A DNA stretch of 64,000 nucleotides, taken from Candidatus Krumholzibacteriota bacterium (GTDB taxonomy: Bacteria > Krumholzibacteriota > Krumholzibacteriia > JAJRXK01). Of this stretch, positions 53,014 to 62,858 are shown piece after piece. Positions within the stretch are counted from its first letter, which is position 1, and each line of letters opens with the position of its first letter. The position numbers and the translations under genes are program-made. The stretch lies in NCBI GenBank assembly GCA_963727455.1, contig CAVSGG010000008.1, positions 192,001 to 256,000 of the forward strand. The letters run 5' to 3'. Below the pieces are notes generated by a model, which ran no database searches, had not been told where the DNA came from, and saw only the letters and a list, made by a program, of their open reading frames with translations.

Positions 53014-56000
53014 CTACTTCCCGCTGGGCTTGGACTTGTCGGGGAACGCCGGCTCGGGCGGGATCGCCCACTTACTCGGGTTCTCCTTCAGCTGTTTCTC
53101 GAGCAGATCGACGGCCGCCCGCAACTGGGTGTCTTTTCCCGAAACCACGTCGGCCGGCATGTTCTGCACCTCGATGTCCGGCACCACTCCGATTCCCTCG
53201 ATCAGCCACTTGCCCGAGAGCCCGTAGAGTCCGAACTGTGGCGGGGTGACCGTACCCCCGTCGACCACATCTTGATGCGGCTCGATTCCGATGGCGCCGC
53301 CCCATGTACGCATGCCCATGACGGGCGCTAGCTTGTCGAGCTGAATCGCTCGCGAGAAGAACTCGCCGTTACTCCCGGTGTCCTCGTTGATGAGCACGAC
53401 CATCGGGCCATAGAAAGTTCTCTCAGGATCCCGCGAGACTCCTCCTTCTCGCGGCGCGGTGATGCCCCAGAGTTTCCGTTCCAATCGATCGATGATCATG
53501 TCTCCCACGAAACCACCGGAGTTGTAGCGATCATCGATGATGAAGGCCTTCTTGTTAAACTGAGGGTACCAGTAACGTGCGAACTCGATGAGTCCGCTGG
53601 TCATCATGTCCGGGATATGGACATAGCCGATGGTCCCGTTCGACCACTCGTCCACTTTCGCGCGGTTGTTCTCCACCCATTCTCGATAGCGGATGGCCCA
53701 CTCGTTGCCGAGCGTCTTGACCCGCCAGGTCTTGGTATCGCTACCGTCGGGGTTGTGACTGTAGCCCAGAACGACCCACTTCCTAGCGCGATCCACCAGG
53801 TAGGAAAAGACGTTGTCCCCTGAACCGATCTCTTGGCCATCGATCGAGACCAGGTAGTCGCCCTCGCGGATGGGACAGCCCGGCTCGTTGAGGGGTGAAC
53901 GCTGGGATTCGTCCCAGCTCACTCCCGGGATGATGTGCGAAATCCGCGGGTGTTTCGCACCCTTCGGCGAGTCGAAGTCGCAACCCAGCATCCCCACCCC
54001 CACGCGATCTCCGTGATCTTCGCGATCACCGCCGTAGACGTAGGTATGACCGATGTTGAGTTCGGCGATCATCTCACCGATCAGATAGTTCAGATCGCCA
54101 CGGGTTCCGCAATACGGAACGAACTGGCCGTACTTCTCTCTCATAGCGTTCCAGTCGACTCCGTGCATGCCGGGGTCATAGAACCAGTCCCTTTCGATGC
54201 GCCATGCCTCATTGAAGATCTGCTGGTACTCCTGCCCGCGAACTACTTTCAAGCGCAGAGCGGAAAGGTCGACCACTCCATCACCCGACTTCGCTGGCTT
54301 GCCCGCGTCGACGACGCCGTAACGCGTGCCCGAACGGTAGACCATCTTCTTCCCGTCGGCCGAGAAGTGGTAATTCTGGATGCCGGGCATAAGCTCTTTG
54401 GTCTCCGCGTCCTTCAGATTGTAGCCGTAGAGATCGACACGGTCCGTGGTCTGGTCATCGATTCGCTGATACTTGAGGAACTCGAGCTCCGTCTTCTTCA
54501 GGTATACGAAGCCGTCCTTGGTGGCGGTGAGGCGGAAGTAATTGCCGCGCTCGACTCCCTTGGCCGCCAACACCCGGCCCTGGATGCCATCGAGGTCGAT
54601 GCGGATGGCCTTCATATCTTCGCTGGCGTCCTTCTTGGATTTCTTGTCGTTCTTCGCATCGACGGAATCCTTCGCGTCCTCCGCGGCATCGTCGTCACGG
54701 AAGGGGGACACCTGGTCGCTCCGCAGCAAAACCAAGTAAGGCCGCGTCATGTCCAAGAAGATGTGATTCTGGTCTTGGAAGCCCATGACGGGTTCGAAGG
54801 AACGGTTGGAGAGAAAGTAGAGATAGTTGCCCTCGGGGTCGAAGGAGGGACTCCAAGCCGTCGTCATCTCGTCGGTCAAGCGCGTGATCTTCTTGCTGTC
54901 CATGTTGTACAGGAAGATGATTTCGTTCATGTTCGCCTGTTGCTTGGTGTAGGCGATCCAGTGTCCGTTGGGAGAGAAAACGTAGTCCTGGATACCCCAA
55001 CGCTCCCAGGCATCGTCGTACCCCGAATGATCCACAACGGTCAGCTTTCCCGTTTCGGCGTCGACCAACACCAGGTCCAGGAACTTGTCGCTGTACAGCA
55101 GGTGGCGGCTGTCCGGCGACCAGATAGGCTGCAGCATGAAGCCCTTGCCGCGGTGGGTGAGCTGGTGTGGTTTCTCCTGCCCCTTGGCACCGGCGAGCCA
55201 GATCTCTTCCTCACCGGTTGCGTCGCTCACCCAGGCGACCTGCTTGCCGTCCGGGGACCAGATCGCGTTCTTCTCGCGGCTCGCCGAACCCGGTGAAATC
55301 ACAAAGGGGACCTCATCCGACTGTTCTACCGGAAATACCGCAATATCACCGCGGTCCTCCAACAAAAGGTGCTCGCCGTCGGGCGAGAGACCGAAAGAGC
55401 CGGTTCGTGGAGAAATCTCCATCCACTCGGGACGCATGCTCACACGATCGCTGGGGATCTGCACGTCCACCTTGCGCACCTTCTTGGTGGCGAGATCGAG
55501 CACGTGCAGGCTCTCCTTGTATTGGAAGATGATGCGCCCATCCCCCATCGAGGGGTACTTGACGTCATAGTCGTCGTATGAGGTGAGCTGCTCCACTGCG
55601 CCGCTAGTGGGGTCTTTGGAGAAGAGATTGAGGGTTCCCCCGAAACGATCGGAGGTGAAATAGACCTTACCCCCGTACCACATGGGATAATTGTCGGTTC
55701 CTTCCCAGTCTGTCAGAGCGGAAATCTTCCCGGTCGTGAAATCGGCGAGCCAGATTTCCTGCGCCTCGCCGCCCTTGTAGCGCTTCCAGGTTGCGTTCTC
55801 ACGACTGATGCGATTGTAGGCCAGCTTGGTCGCGTCCTGGTTGAGCGCGGCCAGGCCCCCGCGATCGATCGGGAGGCGCTGGGGCATGCCGCCGTCGACG
55901 CCGATGGAGTAGACCTCTTCAGCCCGGATGGGGTACTCGCGCCTGGAACGAAAGAGAATGCTCCTGCCGTCTGGATACCATTGCAGAACGCGGTCGTAAG

Positions 56001-56316
56001 GCGACGAGAAAGTCAGACGCTTCGGCACTCCGCCTTCGGAATTCATGAGATAGACGTTGGGTTCGCCATCGTAGCTGGCAGTGAAGGCGAGAGTCTTCCC
56101 GTCGGGACTGAAGTGCGCGTAAGCCTCCACGCCTGGATCAGTGGTGATGCGGTGCGCCAGGCCGCCCTCCTGCGGGACGAGCCAGAGGTCGTCTTCATAA
56201 GTGAAGACGATCCAATCTCCGTGAATGTTCGCGTAGCGCATGAGATGGCCTTCGTCCGCGGCCGCATTGAGTGAGGTGAGGGCCACCAGAACGGCGGCCA
56301 AAATCAGCTGTTTCAC
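53014..56316 (-). CDS. Tricorn protease homolog (peptidase S41B), secreted
   Basis: Signal peptide, PD40 beta-propeller repeats, ELNIGHTY, PDZ domain, RYNSGG, GSNGE nucleophile motif and RTWGG. Confidence 0.93.
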   Translation of the reverse strand: MKQLILAAVLVALTSLNAAADEGHLMRYANIHGDWIVFTYEDDLWLVPQEGGLAHRITTDPGVEAYAHFSPDGKTLAFTASYDGEPNVYLMNSEGGVPKRLTFSSPYDRVLQWYPDGRSILFRSRREYPIRAEEVYSIGVDGGMPQRLPIDRGGLAALNQDATKLAYNRISRENATWKRYKGGEAQEIWLADFTTGKISALTDWEGTDNYPMWYGGKVYFTSDRFGGTLNLFSKDPTSGAVEQLTSYDDYDVKYPSMGDGRIIFQYKESLHVLDLATKKVRKVDVQIPSDRVSMRPEWMEISPRTGSFGLSPDGEHLLLEDRGDIAVFPVEQSDEVPFVISPGSASREKNAIWSPDGKQVAWVSDATGEEEIWLAGAKGQEKPHQLTHRGKGFMLQPIWSPDSRHLLYSDKFLDLVLVDAETGKLTVVDHSGYDDAWERWGIQDYVFSPNGHWIAYTKQQANMNEIIFLYNMDSKKITRLTDEMTTAWSPSFDPEGNYLYFLSNRSFEPVMGFQDQNHIFLDMTRPYLVLLRSDQVSPFRDDDAAEDAKDSVDAKNDKKSKKDASEDMKAIRIDLDGIQGRVLAAKGVERGNYFRLTATKDGFVYLKKTELEFLKYQRIDDQTTDRVDLYGYNLKDAETKELMPGIQNYHFSADGKKMVYRSGTRYGVVDAGKPAKSGDGVVDLSALRLKVVRGQEYQQIFNEAWRIERDWFYDPGMHGVDWNAMREKYGQFVPYCGTRGDLNYLIGEMIAELNIGHTYVYGGDREDHGDRVGVGMLGCDFDSPKGAKHPRISHIIPGVSWDESQRSPLNEPGCPIREGDYLVSIDGQEIGSGDNVFSYLVDRARKWVVLGYSHNPDGSDTKTWRVKTLGNEWAIRYREWVENNRAKVDEWSNGTIGYVHIPDMMTSGLIEFARYWYPQFNKKAFIIDDRYNSGGFVGDMIIDRLERKLWGITAPREGGVSRDPERTFYGPMVVLINEDTGSNGEFFSRAIQLDKLAPVMGMRTWGGAIGIEPHQDVVDGGTVTPPQFGLYGLSGKWLIEGIGVVPDIEVQNMPADVVSGKDTQLRAAVDLLEKQLKENPSKWAIPPEPAFPDKSKPSGK

Positions 56317-56543
56317 GATCGTCCTCCATCGATTCCGATGCTCTGAACCTTCGGGCAGAACCCAAAGAGGCTAATACACTCGAGCCCAAGAGCCTACGCA
56401 TTTTCCCAGCTAAAGGGTTCGGTCTGCCGCACATGGAATTTCCCGAACAGATTTGGTACATTCGAATGGCGGCAACTGGCCGCGTGTCCTACACCACATC
56501 GCGCTCGGATCGCCCCTTTTTTCCTTCATCCGGGAGCACGGTC

Positions 56544-57802
56544 ATGCCCGTTAAGACTCTGCGATTTTGCGTTCTCTGGGTCCTTTTGGGAGCGTTCCTG
56601 GGAGCTTGTGGGGATTCCACGGCGCCCACACTGCCGCCGAGTGATCATGCTTCCTTCGACGGCAGCTTCGATCTCACGAACGGCTCCTTCCTGCTCAGCC
56701 GCGTCCGGGAACCGTCAAGCCCATCGCTGAATGTCGACCTTCGCGGCTCGAAGATCCGTTTTGACCGCGCAAATTCCACGGTGAGCATCGATGTCGTGGT
56801 GGTAAACCGGAGCGGCCAGCCTCTGTATCCGCCGGCCATCATCTGGCTGGAGCGCTTCGTTCCTTCCGACGTGACGGTGGTGAATCCCGACATCATTCCT
56901 CCCTGGGTCGGCCCCATCGATCCGGGGATCTATGGCTTCGTCTACTCCAATTCTCTAGGCAGCGATGGGGTGCTGCTGCCGAACGAAACCTCGCAAGCAC
57001 GCACTTGGGTTATTCACGATCCAGGACTCTCGAGCTTCTCCTTCGCCGCGCGGGCAGCCTTCGCGCTCTCAGATACCACTTCGTCCATCTCAGGAACGGT
57101 GTTTCACGATTCGAATTATGACGGCATCCGTCAACGCAACGAAGGTCCACTGGAGGGCGCGCTCGTCCGCGGGCTCTCCCCCGGGGGCAGCCACTCGAAG
57201 CGGTTCCCGATGAGATGGGCTTTTACCGGCTCGTCGTAACGCAGCCGGGCCTGTACCAACTGCAGCTGGATAGTCTGCTGGACTGCGTGGCGAGCCTCAC
57301 CGACTGCCCAATGTGTTACACCACAGAACGTGTCCGGCAAATTTTCCTCTCCGTCGGTGAGGATGGAAGGCCGATATCCTTCGAGCATGCGGATTTCGGC
57401 GCCGTCCCCGGGCCCTGTCCGGGGGCCGTCCGACCCACGCAACTCACACGAGCCGATCCGGACTCGGTCCAGCCACAGGATTACTACCGGCTCCTGGATG
57501 CTACGATCGAGGGGAGGATCTTGAAGCTGCACCTCGGCTTCGGGGGCTGTTCGTCCGACCATGACTTCGCGCTCTTCGCGGGTCTGCCGTTCACCATGGA
57601 ATCCGGGGAAGCGAATACCTGGCTGCGTCTAGTCCACGACGATCACGGCGAGTTGTGCGATGCCTGGTTCGAGTGCTTCCTCAGTTTCGACTTACAGAAG
57701 GTGGAGGACGCTTACCAGCAGAGCCACAATGAACCGGGACCGGTGGTCCTGGAGCTGCAGGAACCGAATGGACAAATCACGAAGTTCCGCCTGGAGCCCT
57801 GA
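56544..57802 (+). CDS. Cys-rich lipoprotein with an SdrD-B-like domain (frameshift near 57190)
   Basis: LGAFLGAC lipobox, SISGTVFHDSNYDG..Q.NE..LEG, and C-terminal GGC...LVHDD.GE.C segment. Confidence 0.65.
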
Positions 57803-57824
57803 ACGGAGTTTGGGCCCAAATTGA

Positions 57825-57856
57825 GAAGGGCGCCCCGTGAGGAGCGCCCTTCTTTG
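57825..57856. terminator. Hairpin terminator between convergent genes
   Basis: GAAGGGCGC-N10-GCGCCCTTC-TTT. Confidence 0.65.
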
Positions 57857-57877
57857 AAATGGGAAACTCGCCAGGAT

Positions 57878-60800
57878 CTACTCGATGTCTCCGATATAGG
57901 AGCGGTAGGTCTCCACGTCGCGACCCACCAGAATGTGCTGCTTCTTGTCCCGGTAGAGGACGATGAGCTGCTTGTCAGGGAACTTGCCGAGAACTTGAGT
58001 GTCCAGGCTAAAGGTGTCGGAGTCGATCGCCCTCTCGTACAAGAGGTGCCCACCGGTATCGTAGATCCGCAAGGTACTTCCCGGATCGAGTTCACTGAAC
58101 TCCACCTGGTACCCCGACACAGAGATCGTTCCCACGCGGGCAATGTTGGCCAGATCGGAGCCCGTCGGCGCAATGCCCGCCCCACCCTGCACGTCGAAAT
58201 TCATCGGCTGCAGCGTGCCGCAGTTCTCCGCGTCTCCCAACGGCGCGCCCGACTGCGAAATGATCCCGTCGTCAAAACTCAGGGAGAGGCTGGCCGGCTC
58301 GGAGATGGCCGCATCGAGAACCAGGCGGAGACGCGTGTCGCTCACCCATTGCTGGGACAGTCCGAGCGTCTTGGCCTGGATCTGCGATCCCGAGGCTTGG
58401 AGCACGAAGCTGCTGGGATGCACGCTGCTCCTCAACACGGGCTCGTCGAATTCGAGTTCGATCTCGGAGATGCTCTGAGCGGAACTCCCCGCAGTCGGCG
58501 TGGTGGAGATGATGTGCAGACAGCCGGAGGGGGTCAGATTCGGATCGAGCTGGAAGGTGAGCGCGGGCTGGGGATCACAGTTGTCACCCAATCCCAGGGG
58601 TGCCCCCGTGCTGCTCTTCAGGTTCGGATCGAGCGAAAGCGTGAAGGTGCCCACTTCGTCCGGAGGACTCGCGGTCGTCACCTTCAGCTCGCTTGGCGAA
58701 ACCGCAGAGAGGCTGACCGGATAGTCGACCGATCCCCCGGCAGCGGGCGCGAAGCTGAGCGTGAACCCCGAAGGATCCATGCTCGCCGTGTCGACGACTT
58801 GATCCAAGCGCAGGATCACGCTCGTGAAACTCGCGATCTGGGCCCCGTCCACCGGCTCGCTCTGATACATCGTCATGCAACTGCTGTTGGTGCTTGCCGG
58901 AGCGACCTCCACGCTGATTTCAGCGGGAGTCGGTGTCCAGTTCGCCGCCATGTCCAGGCCCTCCACCCGGAGGGTATGTGTCTCTCCAGCGGCCCAATTG
59001 GTGGCATCGACGGTGTAGTAGAGTAAGGCGACGTCTTCGGTGAGACCAGGAGGATGCTGGAGCTCGACGACCTCCCCTTGCCAGGTTTCTTGGGAATCGT
59101 AGGACAGCCTCGCGTTGGTCACGGCTGCGTGTCCCGTCGTGGCGTCGCTGATGAGCAATTGGATCGTCGCGGTGGTACCCTCCTCCACGGTCAAACTGCC
59201 AAATCCTTGATGCACGACCGCGGGGCCGGCCGAGTCTTCGGCGATGTTGCTCACCACGGAGACGTTTCCCGCGGCGTCAGTCGTGCGTATGGCCACGCGC
59301 AACGCGCCGTTGCTGGCGTCGATCGTCCCCAAATTCACCGTCTGCACGTTGCCGGGGAGTTCGGGGGCCGGGGGATTGGCGACCACCGTCGCGGTATTCC
59401 AATCAAAATTCTCCGAAGGATCCGCCGTGGCATAACGAATCTCGACCTCCGACGGCATGCCGCTGGGTCCCTGATCCGCCGGAGCAGACCATTGCAGTAC
59501 GGCGCTGCCGTCATCGGCGTCGAAGTTCAGTTCGAGATCGTCGACCGCGTCCGGTGCCACCTCGTCGGGTCCCGCGCTACTGGCGACTATGAGCGTGAAG
59601 GTGGCGGGATCCCCGCAGGAACCGTCGCCGTTCCCGTCGAGGAAATGGCCCGCTTGGCTGCTGAGATTTCCGCTCACCGTGAAGGTTAGGGTTTCCCCGT
59701 TCTGAGGCACCGGGTTCAAGCTGAGACTAACCACCGTCGAACTCAGCTGGGAATCGACCGTGAAGGATCCTGAAGCGCTGCCTTGGGCGGCGATAGCACC
59801 CTGCAGAGAAGTCGGATCGAGAGACTCGGAGAAGAGGAGAAGGACGCCGTTGGAAGACGGGTCATAGCTCTCCCCTTCGTCAGGGGTGGTGCTAAGCAAG
59901 CTGAGACAGCCATCATTCGAGCCGCCTTGCGAGTTCAGGTACTGCAGGTAGGCACCGCCATTTCTCGCGGCCACTGCCTGGTTCTTCATGTTGGAGTAGG
60001 TGATACCACTGCCGTCAAACCAGGGGTTCTTGGTCGCGGTGGCCCAGTCGGTGTCCACGTGCGTCAACATGGCAGGATCACCGGTCAGCCAATAGGCATA
60101 GCTCAGTCCTTCGTCGACTCGTAGATTGAGCCCGGCATCGGCAACGGCCGTAACTCCCCCGTGATAATCCCACGAATAGGCCCAACGCGACGAATCGGGG
60201 ACCCAACAGTAAGTCTGCAGCCAGTTGCCGTAGTCATGGAGAGACTGCACGCCCTGTGCGTCGGGGGTGCCCAGCTGCCGTTCCCGTTCCTCGAGGAACT
60301 CTCCGAGATTCCCCATGAGCATTCCCAACTGCCAGACCGAGACTTGGCTCTGCCAGGGTGGATCGAAAGTAGTGTCGTCGCACTGATCCGGGCCGTTGAT
60401 CCAGCAGCGGTCGGCCGCATTGGTACGCCGCATCACGTCCAAGCATGCGTCGAGGTACTTTTGTTCTCCCGTGGCGCGCCATGCCTCGAGCGAGATGTTG
60501 AGGAACCAGGCCGAAGCGCGAATCTCGCCGTCGGTCCTGACCTCACTATAGCCGCCGCTGTTGGGATCGTTGGCCAGGCGCCAGGCCGTATTGTCTGCCA
60601 CTTCGACCGCCGAGTCGTAAACGACGGGATCGCCGGTGAGATAGTAATAATAGAACATACCCTGAGCGTTGTAATGCCCGGGCTGAGGATAATCGGTGCG
60701 GTGCTTGTGCGAGCCGGTGCGATCGTGGGTAAAGAACCCGCCGTTGCGCCAACCGAGGTCCCCCTGGGTGTGATAGACGTCGATATCGGCCAAATGGCGC

Positions 60801-62407
60801 GCCGCCGGCTCGATGAAGGTCCACCAGTCGAAATTCCCGGAGCGCACCATCTGCAAGACCATCCCGTAGGAATAGTCGTTCTCACAATTGGCCCGATCGC
60901 CCTGATGTTCGTACTCGGCCCAGAAGTCGCCGTAGTCCCACCAACCGTAGACGTCGTCATAGGCTAAGTTTCCCGCGGCGGAAGCTTCTGGACGGTCTGC
61001 CGTAAAACCTATGCCACCGTAGAGACCGGCCCGCTCGAAGAGTTCATAGTCGGGCGAGGGAGATTCGGAGACGGGCACGGTCCGCCGGAAACAGCCAGTG
61101 CCCAGATAGTACTCGGGCGGCGCCAGTGCGATCATGGGATTCAGAGCCGAGAGCATGCGAGCCTGGGTATTCGCTCCGCCGTCGCTGAAGAAGTCGACGC
61201 GAATCCGATGCGTCTTCTGCTCACCACCACGCATCGAGTGATCGCCGCTCTGAAATTCGCTGAAGAACTCCGCTTTGACGGTTCCGTCGGCCTGGGCGAC
61301 CAGACCGTTGGGGTAGTTTTGCCAAAACTCGTCGATTCCGAAGGCCACGCCGTTCTGTCCATTGCGAACTTCCATCCAGCCCTCGGCTTGATCGCCGCTC
61401 CCCACTTGGGTTTCGTTCTGCGAATCCCCGGCGTAGAAACGCCAGCCGCGGTAAGTGTTTTTCTTCAGGTCGGTCCACTTGTTCCAGCTATCGAGTCCGC
61501 TGCTGTCCTGGTGGATGTAGCCCCTCTGTCCGCTGCTCAAGGACACCGACATCGGAGCGCTACCATCGTCCGCTCCCACCTTCAACGAGCCGTTGCTGAA
61601 GGGCGTGGCGAGCTCGATTCGCGCGTCTTCGAACGCGACCGATCCATCGCCGCGATAGTCGATTGCTCCTGGCCGCCAGTTGTGAAGAGTCTGCTGAATG
61701 CGCAACTCGGCGCTGCCCAGAGTAGCGGTGATACGCGTGACGTAGTTCAGAATCTGGCTGCTGGAGCTTTCGCTCTGCAACTTGCCCTTGAAAAGCAGGG
61801 TCACGCTCTGTGGACCCTGGTGCTCGATCTGGGCAACCGTCGGCGCGGCAGTGGCCGCGGTGTAGCGCTCACCATCACTGCCGTCCACTACGAGTCCGGC
61901 GGACTGTCCGGGGCGCAGTACCTCCAGGTCGTAACTGCCGTCACCGTCGCTGTCGATGGATGCCGTCTCGAGAATGTGGAAGTTGGTCTTGTCGACGGTG
62001 AACCGCAGCACTCCCGTTTCCACGGTGATGGTGGTGCCGTCGTCCGTGGCGACGAGTGCGCTCGTACCATTTGCATTGCCGTTGTCACTCAGTTGGTAGA
62101 CGCTGGTTCCGCGGGCGGGAACGTCGACTGGAAGCGTCAACAAAACCCATCGCGGTGAACCGTCCCACCACTTGGCGAGCGTTCGCGCTTGCAGAGCGTT
62201 GACCGGTCCGTTGGGACCAGAGATGCCGAGCTGATCGGGAGAAGAGATCGCGCCCTGCGCGAATGGAACCCCGACCTGAAGGGTGGCGCCTTCGCGCGGA
62301 ACCGCGAGCTCGTTGCGAACGGTCAAAGGAACCGCCAATGCGAAGGCGGAGGAGGGGAAGGCCATGAATAGGAATACGATCAGCCAACGCCGCAAGCTCG
62401 ATTTCAT
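57878..62407 (-). CDS. 1509-aa secreted multidomain protein: exo-rhamnogalacturonan lyase (PL26/YetA)-like module, Ig-like repeats, FN3-like domain and sorting CTD
   Basis: Signal peptide, GVPF..G...LA.WWDGS.RW N-terminal barrel, YGWWDYGD, three 'P..G....I.L.F.E.V...S' Ig units, WSAPADQG..G....IRY FN3 unit, and LRIYD..G.L CTD. Confidence 0.68.
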   Translation of the reverse strand: MKSSLRRWLIVFLFMAFPSSAFALAVPLTVRNELAVPREGATLQVGVPFAQGAISSPDQLGISGPNGPVNALQARTLAKWWDGSPRWVLLTLPVDVPARGTSVYQLSDNGNANGTSALVATDDGTTITVETGVLRFTVDKTNFHILETASIDSDGDGSYDLEVLRPGQSAGLVVDGSDGERYTAATAAPTVAQIEHQGPQSVTLLFKGKLQSESSSSQILNYVTRITATLGSAELRIQQTLHNWRPGAIDYRGDGSVAFEDARIELATPFSNGSLKVGADDGSAPMSVSLSSGQRGYIHQDSSGLDSWNKWTDLKKNTYRGWRFYAGDSQNETQVGSGDQAEGWMEVRNGQNGVAFGIDEFWQNYPNGLVAQADGTVKAEFFSEFQSGDHSMRGGEQKTHRIRVDFFSDGGANTQARMLSALNPMIALAPPEYYLGTGCFRRTVPVSESPSPDYELFERAGLYGGIGFTADRPEASAAGNLAYDDVYGWWDYGDFWAEYEHQGDRANCENDYSYGMVLQMVRSGNFDWWTFIEPAARHLADIDVYHTQGDLGWRNGGFFTHDRTGSHKHRTDYPQPGHYNAQGMFYYYYLTGDPVVYDSAVEVADNTAWRLANDPNSGGYSEVRTDGEIRASAWFLNISLEAWRATGEQKYLDACLDVMRRTNAADRCWINGPDQCDDTTFDPPWQSQVSVWQLGMLMGNLGEFLEERERQLGTPDAQGVQSLHDYGNWLQTYCWVPDSSRWAYSWDYHGGVTAVADAGLNLRVDEGLSYAYWLTGDPAMLTHVDTDWATATKNPWFDGSGITYSNMKNQAVAARNGGAYLQYLNSQGGSNDGCLSLLSTTPDEGESYDPSSNGVLLLFSESLDPTSLQGAIAAQGSASGSFTVDSQLSSTVVSLSLNPVPQNGETLTFTVSGNLSSQAGHFLDGNGDGSCGDPATFTLIVASSAGPDEVAPDAVDDLELNFDADDGSAVLQWSAPADQGPSGMPSEVEIRYATADPSENFDWNTATVVANPPAPELPGNVQTVNLGTIDASNGALRVAIRTTDAAGNVSVVSNIAEDSAGPAVVHQGFGSLTVEEGTTATIQLLISDATTGHAAVTNARLSYDSQETWQGEVVELQHPPGLTEDVALLYYTVDATNWAAGETHTLRVEGLDMAANWTPTPAEISVEVAPASTNSSCMTMYQSEPVDGAQIASFTSVILRLDQVVDTASMDPSGFTLSFAPAAGGSVDYPVSLSAVSPSELKVTTASPPDEVGTFTLSLDPNLKSSTGAPLGLGDNCDPQPALTFQLDPNLTPSGCLHIISTTPTAGSSAQSISEIELEFDEPVLRSSVHPSSFVLQASGSQIQAKTLGLSQQWVSDTRLRLVLDAAISEPASLSLSFDDGIISQSGAPLGDAENCGTLQPMNFDVQGGAGIAPTGSDLANIARVGTISVSGYQVEFSELDPGSTLRIYDTGGHLLYERAIDSDTFSLDTQVLGKFPDKQLIVLYRDKKQHILVGRDVETYRSYIGDIE

Positions 62408-62597
62408 AAAGTACCTTCGCAGTCTGGTGTCATTCTCTGATGCTCGATTCGTTCATCGAGAGCCGTGCGCGGCACGGTCGCCGGTATGGTGAAAGCGGAG
62501 GAACGATGAGAAGCTTTCGCAGACCAAAGCCGACGATTCCACTCGATGGTTCCCCCTGAGGAAGGGTTGGAACTCGGCAGCGGATATCTGCGCAGGG

Positions 62598-62614
62598 AGC
62601 ACGCAATATGCCAG
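62598..62614 (-). promoter_or_regulatory. Putative sigma54 (-24/-12) promoter of the giant secreted protein
   Basis: Minus strand CTGGCATATTGCGTGCT (TGGCA-N7-TGCT). Inverted repeat GCAGA-N11-TCTGC at 62695-62715 lies upstream. Confidence 0.5.
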
Positions 62615-62858
62615 CCTGTCTACGAGTGTGAATGTCATACCTGGGTGCAGTGGGGCGAGCCATATGAGAAACGGAAAGTAAGCAACAACCGCATGCAGAA
62701 TCCAGAGCAATCTGCTTCATTTCCTCCGTGGGTGAATGCTCAGCTCAGCGAGAAGTTCCCATCCTCGCAGGATGCGCGCAAGAAGATGGTTCGTGAGCTG
62801 ATTTTCAAGTTCCGCAGCGAAGCGCCCCCAAGAAGTCCGTGCGAAGACTTCACCCTTC

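Noticed and set aside
62408-62858. c-di-GMP riboswitch or small ORFs in the intergenic gap
   Set aside because: No GGCAAA/GCAAAG GEMM motifs. The listed ORFs lack RBS or family signal and overlap the promoter elements.
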